Below are positions 48,528 to 56,884 of a stretch of 64,000 bases of DNA, one piece after another. Positions within the stretch are counted from its first letter, which is position 1; each line of letters opens with the position of its first letter. Source of the stretch: Gemmatimonadaceae bacterium (GTDB lineage Bacteria; Gemmatimonadota; Gemmatimonadetes; Gemmatimonadales; Gemmatimonadaceae); the NCBI GenBank assembly GCA_051859245.1, contig JBHYGA010000005.1, forward strand, positions 904,422-968,421, given 5' to 3'. The translations under genes and the position numbers were made by a program. A model generated the notes under the pieces. It did no database searches. It saw nothing but the letters and a program-made list of their open reading frames with translations, and was not told where the DNA came from.

Positions 48528-50186
48528 ATGGCGAACATCAGGAATCGCCTCCTAATCATTCTCGGATGCGTCCTCGTTTCTGTCTGGGCGCTCTTTCCGC
48601 GAACCGTCATCGAGCGCGTGAAGCGCGACGGTGTGTTCGTGTATGACACTGTGCAACGCGTCCCGCTCAAGAAGGGACTCGACTTGCAGGGCGGCATGCA
48701 CCTTACGCTCGAAGTCGATGAATCGCGTCAGGCTGTCGCCGACAAGTCGGAAGCACTCGATCGTGCACTCAAGGTGATCCGTCAGCGCATTGACGAGTTC
48801 GGTGTGTCCGAGCCCGTGGTGCAGAAAGTTGGCGATGATCGCATCGTGGTCGAGTTGCCTGGTGTTGATGATCCGGAACGTGCGCAGTCTGTCGTGTCTG
48901 AAGCGGCGTTCCTGCAGTTCCAGATTACGGATGAATCCGGTGCGCTTGAGCGCGTGATTTCACGTCTCGACGAAGCCGCGCGTGCCGCTGGCGTTGGCAC
49001 CACGATTGCACTCGCCGGTGGTGACACGGCGCAGCGTGTTGGCGTCACATCGCTGTTCGGCGCCGATAGCGCCGCGAAGGATTCCACGCCGGCCGATTCC
49101 ACCAAGGCCGACACGGCTGCTGCTGCGCCGAATGCTCGTGGCATCTTCTCGAACGGCATTTCGCAGGGGCAGTTGCCGGGCCAGTACATCGTGCGCGCTG
49201 AAGCGTACGACGCGATTGCGGCAGCGCTGCAAGTGCCGTCGGTTCAGGCGGTGATTCCGCCGGGCAAGGCGCTCAAGTGGGGCACCGAAGAGATTGTCGC
49301 GCCAGGTGGTGAGAGCTACCGCGAGCTGTACATGCTCGATGCGAAGCCGATCATTACCGGTGAGTACCTTACCGACGCGCGGCCGAGTACGGATCCCGTT
49401 GACGGCAACGTAGTTACGTTTACGCTGAACAACGAAGGCGGCCGTCGCTTCAAGAACGAGACGGCCAAGAATCTCAAGAAGAACATGGCCATCGTGCTCG
49501 ACGATCAGGTCGTCACCGCGCCAACGATTCAGAGCCCAATTGGCCGCAATGGTCAGATCACGCTGGGCGGCTCCACGCTGCAGCAGGCGCAGGACCTCGC
49601 GCTGGTGCTGCGCGCCGGTGCGTTGCCGGTGCCGCTCAAGATCACGGAAGTGCGCAATATCGGTGCAAGCCTGGGTCAGGACTCGATCGATAAAGGCATT
49701 ATGGCTCTCGGTATTGCCATCGCGCTGGTCGTGATCATCATGGTCGGCTATTATCGTTTTGCCGGCATGCTGGCGGTTGCCGCACTTGCACTGTACGTGC
49801 TCTACACGTTGGCTGTGCTGGCCGGCTTTGATGCCGTGATCACGCTGCCTGGCTTGGCCGGGTTTGTACTCTCCGTTGGTATCGCCGTCGACGCGAACGT
49901 GCTGATTTTCGAGCGCATTCGTGAAGAGCTCGACGGTGGCAAGTCGGTTCGACTTGCCATCGATGAAGGCTTCCGTCATGCGCTCTCAGCGATTGTTGAC
50001 TCCAGTGTCACCACGATTCTGTCCGGTGCGGTGCTGTATCAGTACGGCTCGGGACCGGTGCGTGGTTTTGCGGTAACCCTCATCGCGGGCGTGGTGGCGT
50101 CGCTCTTTACGGCGCTGTTCGTCAGCAGGACCTTCTTCATGCTCTGGCTGCAGCAGACCCGCGGCGCCAAGGCGTTGAGCATCTGA
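48528..50186 (+). CDS. secD: protein translocase subunit SecD
   Basis: [29 protein letters not shown] and [15 protein letters not shown] motifs. Confidence 0.97.
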   Translation: MANIRNRLLIILGCVLVSVWALFPRTVIERVKRDGVFVYDTVQRVPLKKGLDLQGGMHLTLEVDESRQAVADKSEALDRALKVIRQRIDEFGVSEPVVQKVGDDRIVVELPGVDDPERAQSVVSEAAFLQFQITDESGALERVISRLDEAARAAGVGTTIALAGGDTAQRVGVTSLFGADSAAKDSTPADSTKADTAAAAPNARGIFSNGISQGQLPGQYIVRAEAYDAIAAALQVPSVQAVIPPGKALKWGTEEIVAPGGESYRELYMLDAKPIITGEYLTDARPSTDPVDGNVVTFTLNNEGGRRFKNETAKNLKKNMAIVLDDQVVTAPTIQSPIGRNGQITLGGSTLQQAQDLALVLRAGALPVPLKITEVRNIGASLGQDSIDKGIMALGIAIALVVIIMVGYYRFAGMLAVAALALYVLYTLAVLAGFDAVITLPGLAGFVLSVGIAVDANVLIFERIREELDGGKSVRLAIDEGFRHALSAIVDSSVTTILSGAVLYQYGSGPVRGFAVTLIAGVVASLFTALFVSRTFFMLWLQQTRGAKALSI

Positions 50187-50193
50187 GTCGTCC

Positions 50194-51201
50194 ATGATCC
50201 GCATTTTTCATAACACCACGTTCGACTTCATCAAGCATTGGCGCACCGCCGCAATTGCGACGGTCGCGTTCATTGCACTTGGTCTGGGTTCGTTTGCCGT
50301 CACCGGCGGCGTGAAGTACTCCATCGAGTTTACCGGTGGAACCCTCATGCAGCTCGAGTTCAAGTCGCCGCCTGATGTCGCGGCCATCCGCTCGACGGTC
50401 GAATCCGCTGGCGTTGCCGGCGCCGAAATCACGCAGTACGGTGAAGCCACGTCGTACACCGTGCGCGCGCAGGACGAAGCATCCGTTGAAGCACAGGACT
50501 CGGGCGCAGCAAGTGTCGCCAAGCGTATCGAGGATGCGCTTACGCAGCGTTTTGGCGCCGATGAGGTGACCGTCGTACGGACCGAGGGCGTGGGTCCAAA
50601 GGTCGGTGCGGAGCTGCGTCGGGGTGCTATCCTGGCAATGATCATCACGTCCTTCATCTCGCTCATCTATCTCGCGATTCGCTTCGACTGGCGCTTCGGT
50701 ACGGCGGCTGTGCTGTCGCTCGTGCACGACGTGTTGCTCACGTTCGCGTTTATCAAGCTCTTCAACATCGAAGTGTCCCTCACGGTCGTTGCCGCGATCC
50801 TGACGGTACTCGGTTATTCAGCCAACGACACGATCATCATCTTTGACCGCGTTCGCGAAAATCTGAAGAAGAATCGCAAGGCAAACCTGTACGACACGGT
50901 CAATCGTTCAATCAACGAAACGATTGGTCGCTCGGTGCTCACGCATGCCACAACGTTGGCGGCAACGCTCGGCTTGTTGTTCTTTGCCGGTCAGGTGCTG
51001 CGTCCGTTCTCCATCGTCATGGCGTTCGGCGTGATTGTGGCCGTGTTCAGCTCCATGTACGTGGCATCGTCACTGCTCATTTACATCGAGCATCGCTACC
51101 CGCGCGACACGGACGACAAGAACATGCGCCGCGAATCGACTCCGCCATCAAGTGGTAAGGCCGCCGCGCCGAAGCCGCGCACACCGGCAGCCGCGCGCTG
51201 A
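50194..51201 (+). CDS. secF: protein translocase subunit SecF
   Basis: IEFTGGT, VGPKVG, HDVL and GYSANDTIIIFDRVREN motifs. Confidence 0.97.
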   Translation: MIRIFHNTTFDFIKHWRTAAIATVAFIALGLGSFAVTGGVKYSIEFTGGTLMQLEFKSPPDVAAIRSTVESAGVAGAEITQYGEATSYTVRAQDEASVEAQDSGAASVAKRIEDALTQRFGADEVTVVRTEGVGPKVGAELRRGAILAMIITSFISLIYLAIRFDWRFGTAAVLSLVHDVLLTFAFIKLFNIEVSLTVVAAILTVLGYSANDTIIIFDRVRENLKKNRKANLYDTVNRSINETIGRSVLTHATTLAATLGLLFFAGQVLRPFSIVMAFGVIVAVFSSMYVASSLLIYIEHRYPRDTDDKNMRRESTPPSSGKAAAPKPRTPAAAR

Positions 51202-52055
51202 ACGCCCAGCCGAGTGCTGATCGCGTAGCCGCACTCGGCGACACGGGAATCGCGTCAGACGCGTTCCCGTTCGCCGACAGCCACGTGCATCTCGCATCGG
51301 AGCAGTTCACCGTCGATGTTGATCTCGTAGTGGCGCGAGCCCGGGAAGCCGGTGCTCGCGCCATTGTGTGTATTGGGGAGTCGCCGGCCACCGCGAAGCA
51401 GGCAGCCGCGATTGCGGCGCGTCACGCCGGCCTGGTCTGGTTTACGTGCGGCTTGCATCCGCACGATGCCACGCACTGGCACAACGGGCACGCCCCCGCC
51501 ATCCGAGACGCGGTCGCCAACGGGGCGGTCGCGATCGGTGAGTGTGGGCTCGACTACTTCTACGACCACAGTCCGCGCGCCGTGCAGCGCATCGTCTTTG
51601 AAGACCAGCTGTTGCTCGCCAAGGAACTCGATCGACCCGTGATCGTTCACACGCGCGAAGCAGAAGATGATACGCTCGTCATGATGCGCGAAGCCGCAGC
51701 AGCCGGCGTGCGTGGCGTGTTGCACTGCTTCACGGGCTCGCACACACTGGCCGAAGCCGCGATCGAGTGCGGCTGGTTCATCTCGTTCAGCGGTGTGGTC
51801 ACGTTCAAGAAGTTCACCGACGACGCGCTCTTGCAGCTGGTGCCCGACAATCAACTGTTGGTGGAGTCGGACGCCCCCTATCTGGCTCCTGTTCCGCACC
51901 GAGGGCACCGAAACGAGCCGGCGTGGGTATCCCATACCGTGGAACGTGTTGCCCGTGCCCGTGGCGTCTCGGCCGAGACGCTCGGGGCGCTTGCACTTGC
52001 CAATACCGAACGCTTTTTTCGCTTGAATGCTGCCGCTGGCTCAGCGACTGACTGA
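51198..52055 (+). CDS. tatD: TatD family hydrolase/DNase (probable CTG start)
   Basis: DSHVH, GLHPH, AIGECGLDY, IVHTREA, LHCF and ESDAPYL motifs. The first motif begins upstream of the called GTG at 51285. Confidence 0.9.
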   Translation: MNAQPSADRVAALGDTGIASDAFPFADSHVHLASEQFTVDVDLVVARAREAGARAIVCIGESPATAKQAAAIAARHAGLVWFTCGLHPHDATHWHNGHAPAIRDAVANGAVAIGECGLDYFYDHSPRAVQRIVFEDQLLLAKELDRPVIVHTREAEDDTLVMMREAAAAGVRGVLHCFTGSHTLAEAAIECGWFISFSGVVTFKKFTDDALLQLVPDNQLLVESDAPYLAPVPHRGHRNEPAWVSHTVERVARARGVSAETLGALALANTERFFRLNAAAGSATD

Positions 52056-52092
52056 CCGGCGCGATTTGTCACCACCTTCTATTCTTTCGCTC

Positions 52093-52488
52093 GTGTCACT
52101 CGAAACGATCCACTCCGATCACGCCCCGGCGGCCATTGGCCCCTATGCGCAGGCTGTCAAGGCCAATGGATTTTTGTTCACCGCAGGGCAGATCGCGCTG
52201 AATCCGGCCACCATGGAAGTCACCGGTGCGACGGTTGCTGAGCAGACGGAGCAGGTGATCAAGAATCTCGAAGCCGTGCTCGCTGCTGCCGGATGCGATT
52301 TCTCACATGTGGTCAAGACAACCGTGTTTCTGCGCGACATGGGTGATTTCACGGCAATGAATGAAGTGTACGCTCGCGCGTTTGGCGCCACACGTCCCGC
52401 GCGCTCAACGGTTGCGGTGGCTGGTCTCCCGCGCGACGTGCGCGTAGAGATCGAGTTGGTTGCGGTGCTGAACGCGTCGCAGCAGTAA
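52093..52488 (+). CDS. ridA: RidA/YjgF/UK114 family enamine deaminase
   Basis: APAAIGPYAQA, GQI, VVKTTVFL, PARSTV and VEIE motifs. Confidence 0.92.
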   Translation: MSLETIHSDHAPAAIGPYAQAVKANGFLFTAGQIALNPATMEVTGATVAEQTEQVIKNLEAVLAAAGCDFSHVVKTTVFLRDMGDFTAMNEVYARAFGATRPARSTVAVAGLPRDVRVEIELVAVLNASQQ

Positions 52489-52540
52489 CTCGCTCACGAT
52501 CATCTGCATCGATCTTGTGCCACTCTTGTCGACACACTCC

Positions 52541-53155
52541 GTGAAGTGCTTCACGAAGTTCCTCGTGCCAGCATTGGCAGCGCTCCTGGTGCTGCCGCTG
52601 CAGTCTGTCGACGCGCAAGTGATTCCCGATTCAACGCGCCGCGACTCATCCGTGATTACGCCTGTCATCACCGTGCGTGACACGGTGGTGCGTGCGCGCC
52701 GACGCTCGGCATTGGTGCGTCCACCGTTGGCGCCAGGCCGTGCGTTCCTGATGTCGTTCGCGATTCCTGGCTGGGCGCAGTCCAGATTGGAACGCTCCAC
52801 GTCGGGTGCACTGTTCGCGGGCGCGGAACTCGCGTCGATTGCCATGTTGCGACGCTCCATGAACGACGTGCGCGCCGTGCGTGCGCTCAGTCGCGATACG
52901 GTGGCAGGTGACTTCACCGTGACACCCGGTACCGGTGCAGTGACACCTGGCGAACGCGTGTTGCCTGCGTACGACGAGGCGCTGGAACGCACGCGCAAGC
53001 TCCACGTGGAAGACTGGATTGCGGCCATTGCATTCAACCATCTCATCTCGGCGGCTGACGCGTTTGTCTCTGCGCAGCTCTGGGATGTGCCGGCGCGTGT
53101 CACGATGGTCCCCACGCGTCAGGGGATGATGCTCACCGCGACGTTGCGGTTCTAG
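52541..53155 (+). CDS. hypothetical exported/outer-membrane protein (DUF5683-like)
   Basis: Signal peptide ending VDA-Q; P..AFLMSFAIPGWAQ motif; DAFVSAQL; C-terminal Phe. Confidence 0.6.
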   Translation: MKCFTKFLVPALAALLVLPLQSVDAQVIPDSTRRDSSVITPVITVRDTVVRARRRSALVRPPLAPGRAFLMSFAIPGWAQSRLERSTSGALFAGAELASIAMLRRSMNDVRAVRALSRDTVAGDFTVTPGTGAVTPGERVLPAYDEALERTRKLHVEDWIAAIAFNHLISAADAFVSAQLWDVPARVTMVPTRQGMMLTATLRF

Positions 53156-53159
53156 ACGC

Positions 53160-53855
53160 ATGACAGAGCCCGAAGCGACCGGCAGCGCACGCGCCGTGAA
53201 TCCAGCCGACAACACCGCTGCGTACGGTAGCGTATCGAGTACAACACACGCGCCTCGATCCAGCGCTGAGAGCCTGGCGGCCGATGCGATCGATATCGCA
53301 TTGGTTGCACGGCTGAGCAATCGGGATACCGACGCACTGGCGGCGCTTTACGATCGATGGTCGTCTACGGTGCGCAGTCTGGTCGCGCGTATCGTGGGAG
53401 ATCCATCGGATACTGACGAAGTCGTCGAGGAGGTGTTCTGGCAATTGTGGCAGCAGGCGGATCGCTTCGATGCGACGCGTGGACGCGTGGCCGTCTGGAT
53501 GCTCACGATTGCACGCAGTCGTGCACTCGACCGCGCGCGTGCGCGCAAACGGCGGCGCGATGATGTGGCGGACACGCGCGACGATGGATCGTCCAGGCTC
53601 GCGCAGATTCCGTCGAATGAAGACGCTGTTGATCCCGGCGAGTTCGCGGACCAGCGGGAACGTGTGGCGACGGCGCTCGATGCGCTGCCGCCTGAGCAAC
53701 GCGACGTCGTGATGCTCGCGTATTTTTCGGGGCTGAGTCAATCGGAAATTGCCGAACATCTGGGCGTGCCCCTTGGCACCATCAAAACGCGCACTCGACT
53801 CGCCTTTGGTAAATTGCGGGAGACGCTGTCCGTACTCTGGGATGATCCATCATGA
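53160..53855 (+). CDS. ECF sigma factor (SigK-like)
   Basis: ALAALYDR, EVVEEVFWQLW, WMLTIARSRALD and LAYFSGLSQSEIA..LGVPLGTIKTR motifs. Confidence 0.93.
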   Translation: MTEPEATGSARAVNPADNTAAYGSVSSTTHAPRSSAESLAADAIDIALVARLSNRDTDALAALYDRWSSTVRSLVARIVGDPSDTDEVVEEVFWQLWQQADRFDATRGRVAVWMLTIARSRALDRARARKRRRDDVADTRDDGSSRLAQIPSNEDAVDPGEFADQRERVATALDALPPEQRDVVMLAYFSGLSQSEIAEHLGVPLGTIKTRTRLAFGKLRETLSVLWDDPS

Positions 53856-54799
53856 ATCGCGATCCTGAACGTCAGGACTTGACTGATTTGCCGCTGGTTG
53901 ATGCAGCGCTCGGGCATTTGTTGCCCGAGCAGCGTCAGCCCGTGCGTGAGCAGCTCGCGGCAAATGAGGATGCCCGCAAGGAGTTTGACGGCATTGAGGC
54001 GACCGCGGCGGCACTCGCGTTCGCGGCGCCGGTGGTTGCCAAGCCTGCCGTAGACGGGGTGCGAGCGCGACTGCTTGCACGCGCCTCGGCCGACGCCGCA
54101 GCGCACAGCGTATCCGCGGCTTCACCCGCAGCGTCGGAAGAAACCGCGCCGAGCGTTGCGGCACCGTCCGCGCCGCCAACACTCACGGTATCGTCGGCCA
54201 AGCCAGCCGACAGCGTGCGCGTGGCTGTTGATCGTCCGGTACCGCGCAACACCGCGGCCTGGTGGGTGGCCGGCCTTTCGTCACTTGCGGCGGCGGCGTG
54301 CTTGTTGCTCGTGTTGCGCGCGCAAACGGAACGCGCGTCGCTGCAGTCCATGGTAGCCACGCTTGAATCCTCGCGTGCCGCGGATCAGGCGAAACTCGAT
54401 TCACTCGCGGTGGCGCTCAGTGAGCGCGAACAACAGTTGCTCAGTGTCACCGGCCCGGATGTCGCCGTCGTTGAATTGGCGTCAACGGCATCGCTGCCGC
54501 CGGCCGGCCGCATGTTCTGGGATCGGGCATCGGCGCGCTGGACCTTTGTCGCGAACAATCTGCCGCAGCTTGAGGCGGGGCGTACGTACCAGCTTTGGCT
54601 CGTCACGGCGAACGCGAAGATCTCCGCAGGCACGTTCACACCAGATGCAAGTGGCATTGCCGTGGTGCGCGCCACGTATGAGTTGCCACGTTCCGCACTG
54701 GCTGCCGTTGCCGTAACCGAAGAAGCGGAGGGCGGCGCACCGCAGCCCACCGGCGCGATTCTACTCGTCGGCAGCACAACCAGCACCGATACCCGATGA
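53852..54799 (+). CDS. anti-sigma factor (RskA-like)
   Basis: One TM helix; C-terminal LP....TYQLW, SAGTF and AVTEE..GG.PQPTG motifs; coupled to the ECF gene. Confidence 0.88.
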   Translation: MNRDPERQDLTDLPLVDAALGHLLPEQRQPVREQLAANEDARKEFDGIEATAAALAFAAPVVAKPAVDGVRARLLARASADAAAHSVSAASPAASEETAPSVAAPSAPPTLTVSSAKPADSVRVAVDRPVPRNTAAWWVAGLSSLAAAACLLLVLRAQTERASLQSMVATLESSRAADQAKLDSLAVALSEREQQLLSVTGPDVAVVELASTASLPPAGRMFWDRASARWTFVANNLPQLEAGRTYQLWLVTANAKISAGTFTPDASGIAVVRATYELPRSALAAVAVTEEAEGGAPQPTGAILLVGSTTSTDTR

Positions 54800-55605
54800 C
54801 CACCACGGACGCGCCAATCGGTGTGTTCGACAGCGGTATCGGCGGACTCACCGTGGTGCGTGCGCTGCTCACACGTTTGCCGCATGAGCGCATTGTGTAT
54901 GTGGGAGACACCGCGCGCGTGCCGTATGGTCCGAAGAGCCCCGATACCGTGCGCCGATACGCGCACGAGATCGCGCAGTGGCTCGTAGACCAGGGCGTCA
55001 AGGCAATCGTGGTCGCGTGCAATACCGCCACGGCACACGCCCTGTCTGATTTGCAGCGCACGATGCCGGTACCTGTGATCGGTGTGGTCGAGCCGGGTGC
55101 TCGTGCTGCGGTGCGTGCGGCACACGGAAAGCCGGTCGGTGTGATTGGAACGGTCGGCACCATTGATAGCGGGGCGTACGACCGCGCCATTCATGCCATT
55201 GCACCGGATCTCACCGTGTTGTCACGCGCCTGTCCACTCTTTGTGCCGCTGGTGGAAGAAGGGTGGCTTGAGCACCGCGTCACGCGTGACGTCGCACAGG
55301 AATATCTCTCACCCTTGCTGGCCGATGGCGTGAGTGCACTGGTGCTCGGCTGCACGCATTATCCGTTGCTCGCGCCGCTGCTGGCTGATCTCGCGGGCCG
55401 GAACGTTGCGTTAATCGATTCCGCCGATGAAACCGCGCTCGCCACGGCGGACGTGCTGACGCGATTGAACATTGCCGCCCCGGAGCGCGCCACACCGCCG
55501 CGTCACCGCTTTGTCGCCTCAGACGCGCCCGATCGATTCCTAGCGCTCGGCCAACGATTTCTCGGCGGGACGCTTGATCACGTCGAGCACGTCACCTTCG
55601 GCTGA
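54796..55605 (+). CDS. murI: glutamate racemase
   Basis: IGVFDSGIGGLTV, VPYG, VACNTA and LGCTHYP motifs. Confidence 0.98.
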   Translation: MTTTDAPIGVFDSGIGGLTVVRALLTRLPHERIVYVGDTARVPYGPKSPDTVRRYAHEIAQWLVDQGVKAIVVACNTATAHALSDLQRTMPVPVIGVVEPGARAAVRAAHGKPVGVIGTVGTIDSGAYDRAIHAIAPDLTVLSRACPLFVPLVEEGWLEHRVTRDVAQEYLSPLLADGVSALVLGCTHYPLLAPLLADLAGRNVALIDSADETALATADVLTRLNIAAPERATPPRHRFVASDAPDRFLALGQRFLGGTLDHVEHVTFG

Positions 55606-56322
55606 TCCGTTCCAGCGAAGTCGTGTGATCGATTCGTCCGTGACGCGCAGCAACTGGCGGTCGAGATACCACGCGCCGGCGTTCGCATAGATGCCGAGTC
55701 CCGCTGGCGCGAGCGCAGGTACGTGCGAATGACCGAAGATTACCAGCTCAGGATCGCCCGCCTTGTGCATCCACGTACTCGCCACCGCGTGCAATCCGCG
55801 TCCCTCGTCGCCCGCCCGCCGATCCCGACTGGTGTGCGATGAGCGTAGCGCGAGCCACGTTGCCCAGTTTGGATGCAACCAACTGTACAAGGTGATCGCC
55901 AGCGGATGACGCAGGACGGTGCGCAGACGACGATAGGGTGCGTCCTCCACCGCTCGCAGTCCGTCGCCGTGCGCCAATCGCACGCGCCACGGACCAAACG
56001 TGCCAGACCATGGCTCCAGAGTGTATGTCGCGCCCGTGAGCTCCTGCAGCGTGTCGCCGCCCCAGCAGTCGTGATTTCCGCCAATCCACACCACCGGAAT
56101 ACCCGCGTCACGGAGATCCGCCAGCGCGGCGAGTACGCGAAAACCGGATCGCGGCATGACGTGACGCCACGAAAACCAGAAATCGAACAGATCGCCCATG
56201 ATCACGAGCGATCGTGCCTGCGACGGGACCTGTCGCAGGAAACGCAGTAAATCTGCTTCCGCGTCGGGCGGCGCGATGCCCAGGTGCGCGTCGCCGAGGA
56301 TCAGGACAGGAGTAGGGAGCAC
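55540..56322 (-). CDS. lpxH: UDP-2,3-diacylglucosamine diphosphatase (LpxH-like metallophosphoesterase)
   Basis: DAHLG, GDLFDFW, GNHD, HGDG and FGHSH motifs. Confidence 0.8.
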   Translation of the reverse strand: MLPTPVLILGDAHLGIAPPDAEADLLRFLRQVPSQARSLVIMGDLFDFWFSWRHVMPRSGFRVLAALADLRDAGIPVVWIGGNHDCWGGDTLQELTGATYTLEPWSGTFGPWRVRLAHGDGLRAVEDAPYRRLRTVLRHPLAITLYSWLHPNWATWLALRSSHTSRDRRAGDEGRGLHAVASTWMHKAGDPELVIFGHSHVPALAPAGLGIYANAGAWYLDRQLLRVTDESITRLRWNGSAEGDVLDVIKRPAEKSLAER

Positions 56323-56446
56323 GCGAAGAGTCTAACGTCTGGACTGTGCCAGAACAAATACTGCGGGAAATGAGGACATCGCTTGAGCCGGATGGGGTGC
56401 CGCTGGCATCTTCCGTGCAAGGCTGATCCCTCCACCCACCGAACGC

Positions 56447-56884
56447 ATGAACGATTCGACAGACTACGAGCACCTTTCCGAAGTTCGCGTTCGTTATGCC
56501 GAAACCGATCAGATGGGCGTGGTCTATCACGCCAACTATCTGGTGTGGTGTGAAATCGGCCGAACTGATTTTATTCGCGCGCTGGGTCGATCGTACGCCG
56601 ACATGGAACGCGATGGCGTGACGCTCGCGGTGAGCGATGCCGCGCTGCGCTTTCTCGGGTCCGCACGCTACGATGATCGCGTGCTCGTGTATACGCGGCT
56701 TGAGGAGCTGCGATCGCGCGGAATGAAGTTCGCGTATCGCCTGGTGCATGGTGACACGGGACGCATCTTGGTCACGGCGACCACGTCACTGATTGCGCTC
56801 GATACAAACGGTCGTCCGTCTCGCTTGCCGGCCGCGGTGGTTGACGTGCTGCAGCGTGCTGCAACAATGGGTGCCAACACATGA
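56447..56884 (+). CDS. acyl-CoA thioesterase (YbgC/FadM family)
   Basis: RVRYAETDQMGVVYHANYL motif. Confidence 0.93.
   Translation: MNDSTDYEHLSEVRVRYAETDQMGVVYHANYLVWCEIGRTDFIRALGRSYADMERDGVTLAVSDAALRFLGSARYDDRVLVYTRLEELRSRGMKFAYRLVHGDTGRILVTATTSLIALDTNGRPSRLPAAVVDVLQRAATMGANT

Noticed and set aside
53160..54799. ECF sigma and anti-sigma pair as a novel system
   Set aside because: Matches the common SigK/RskA-type architecture.
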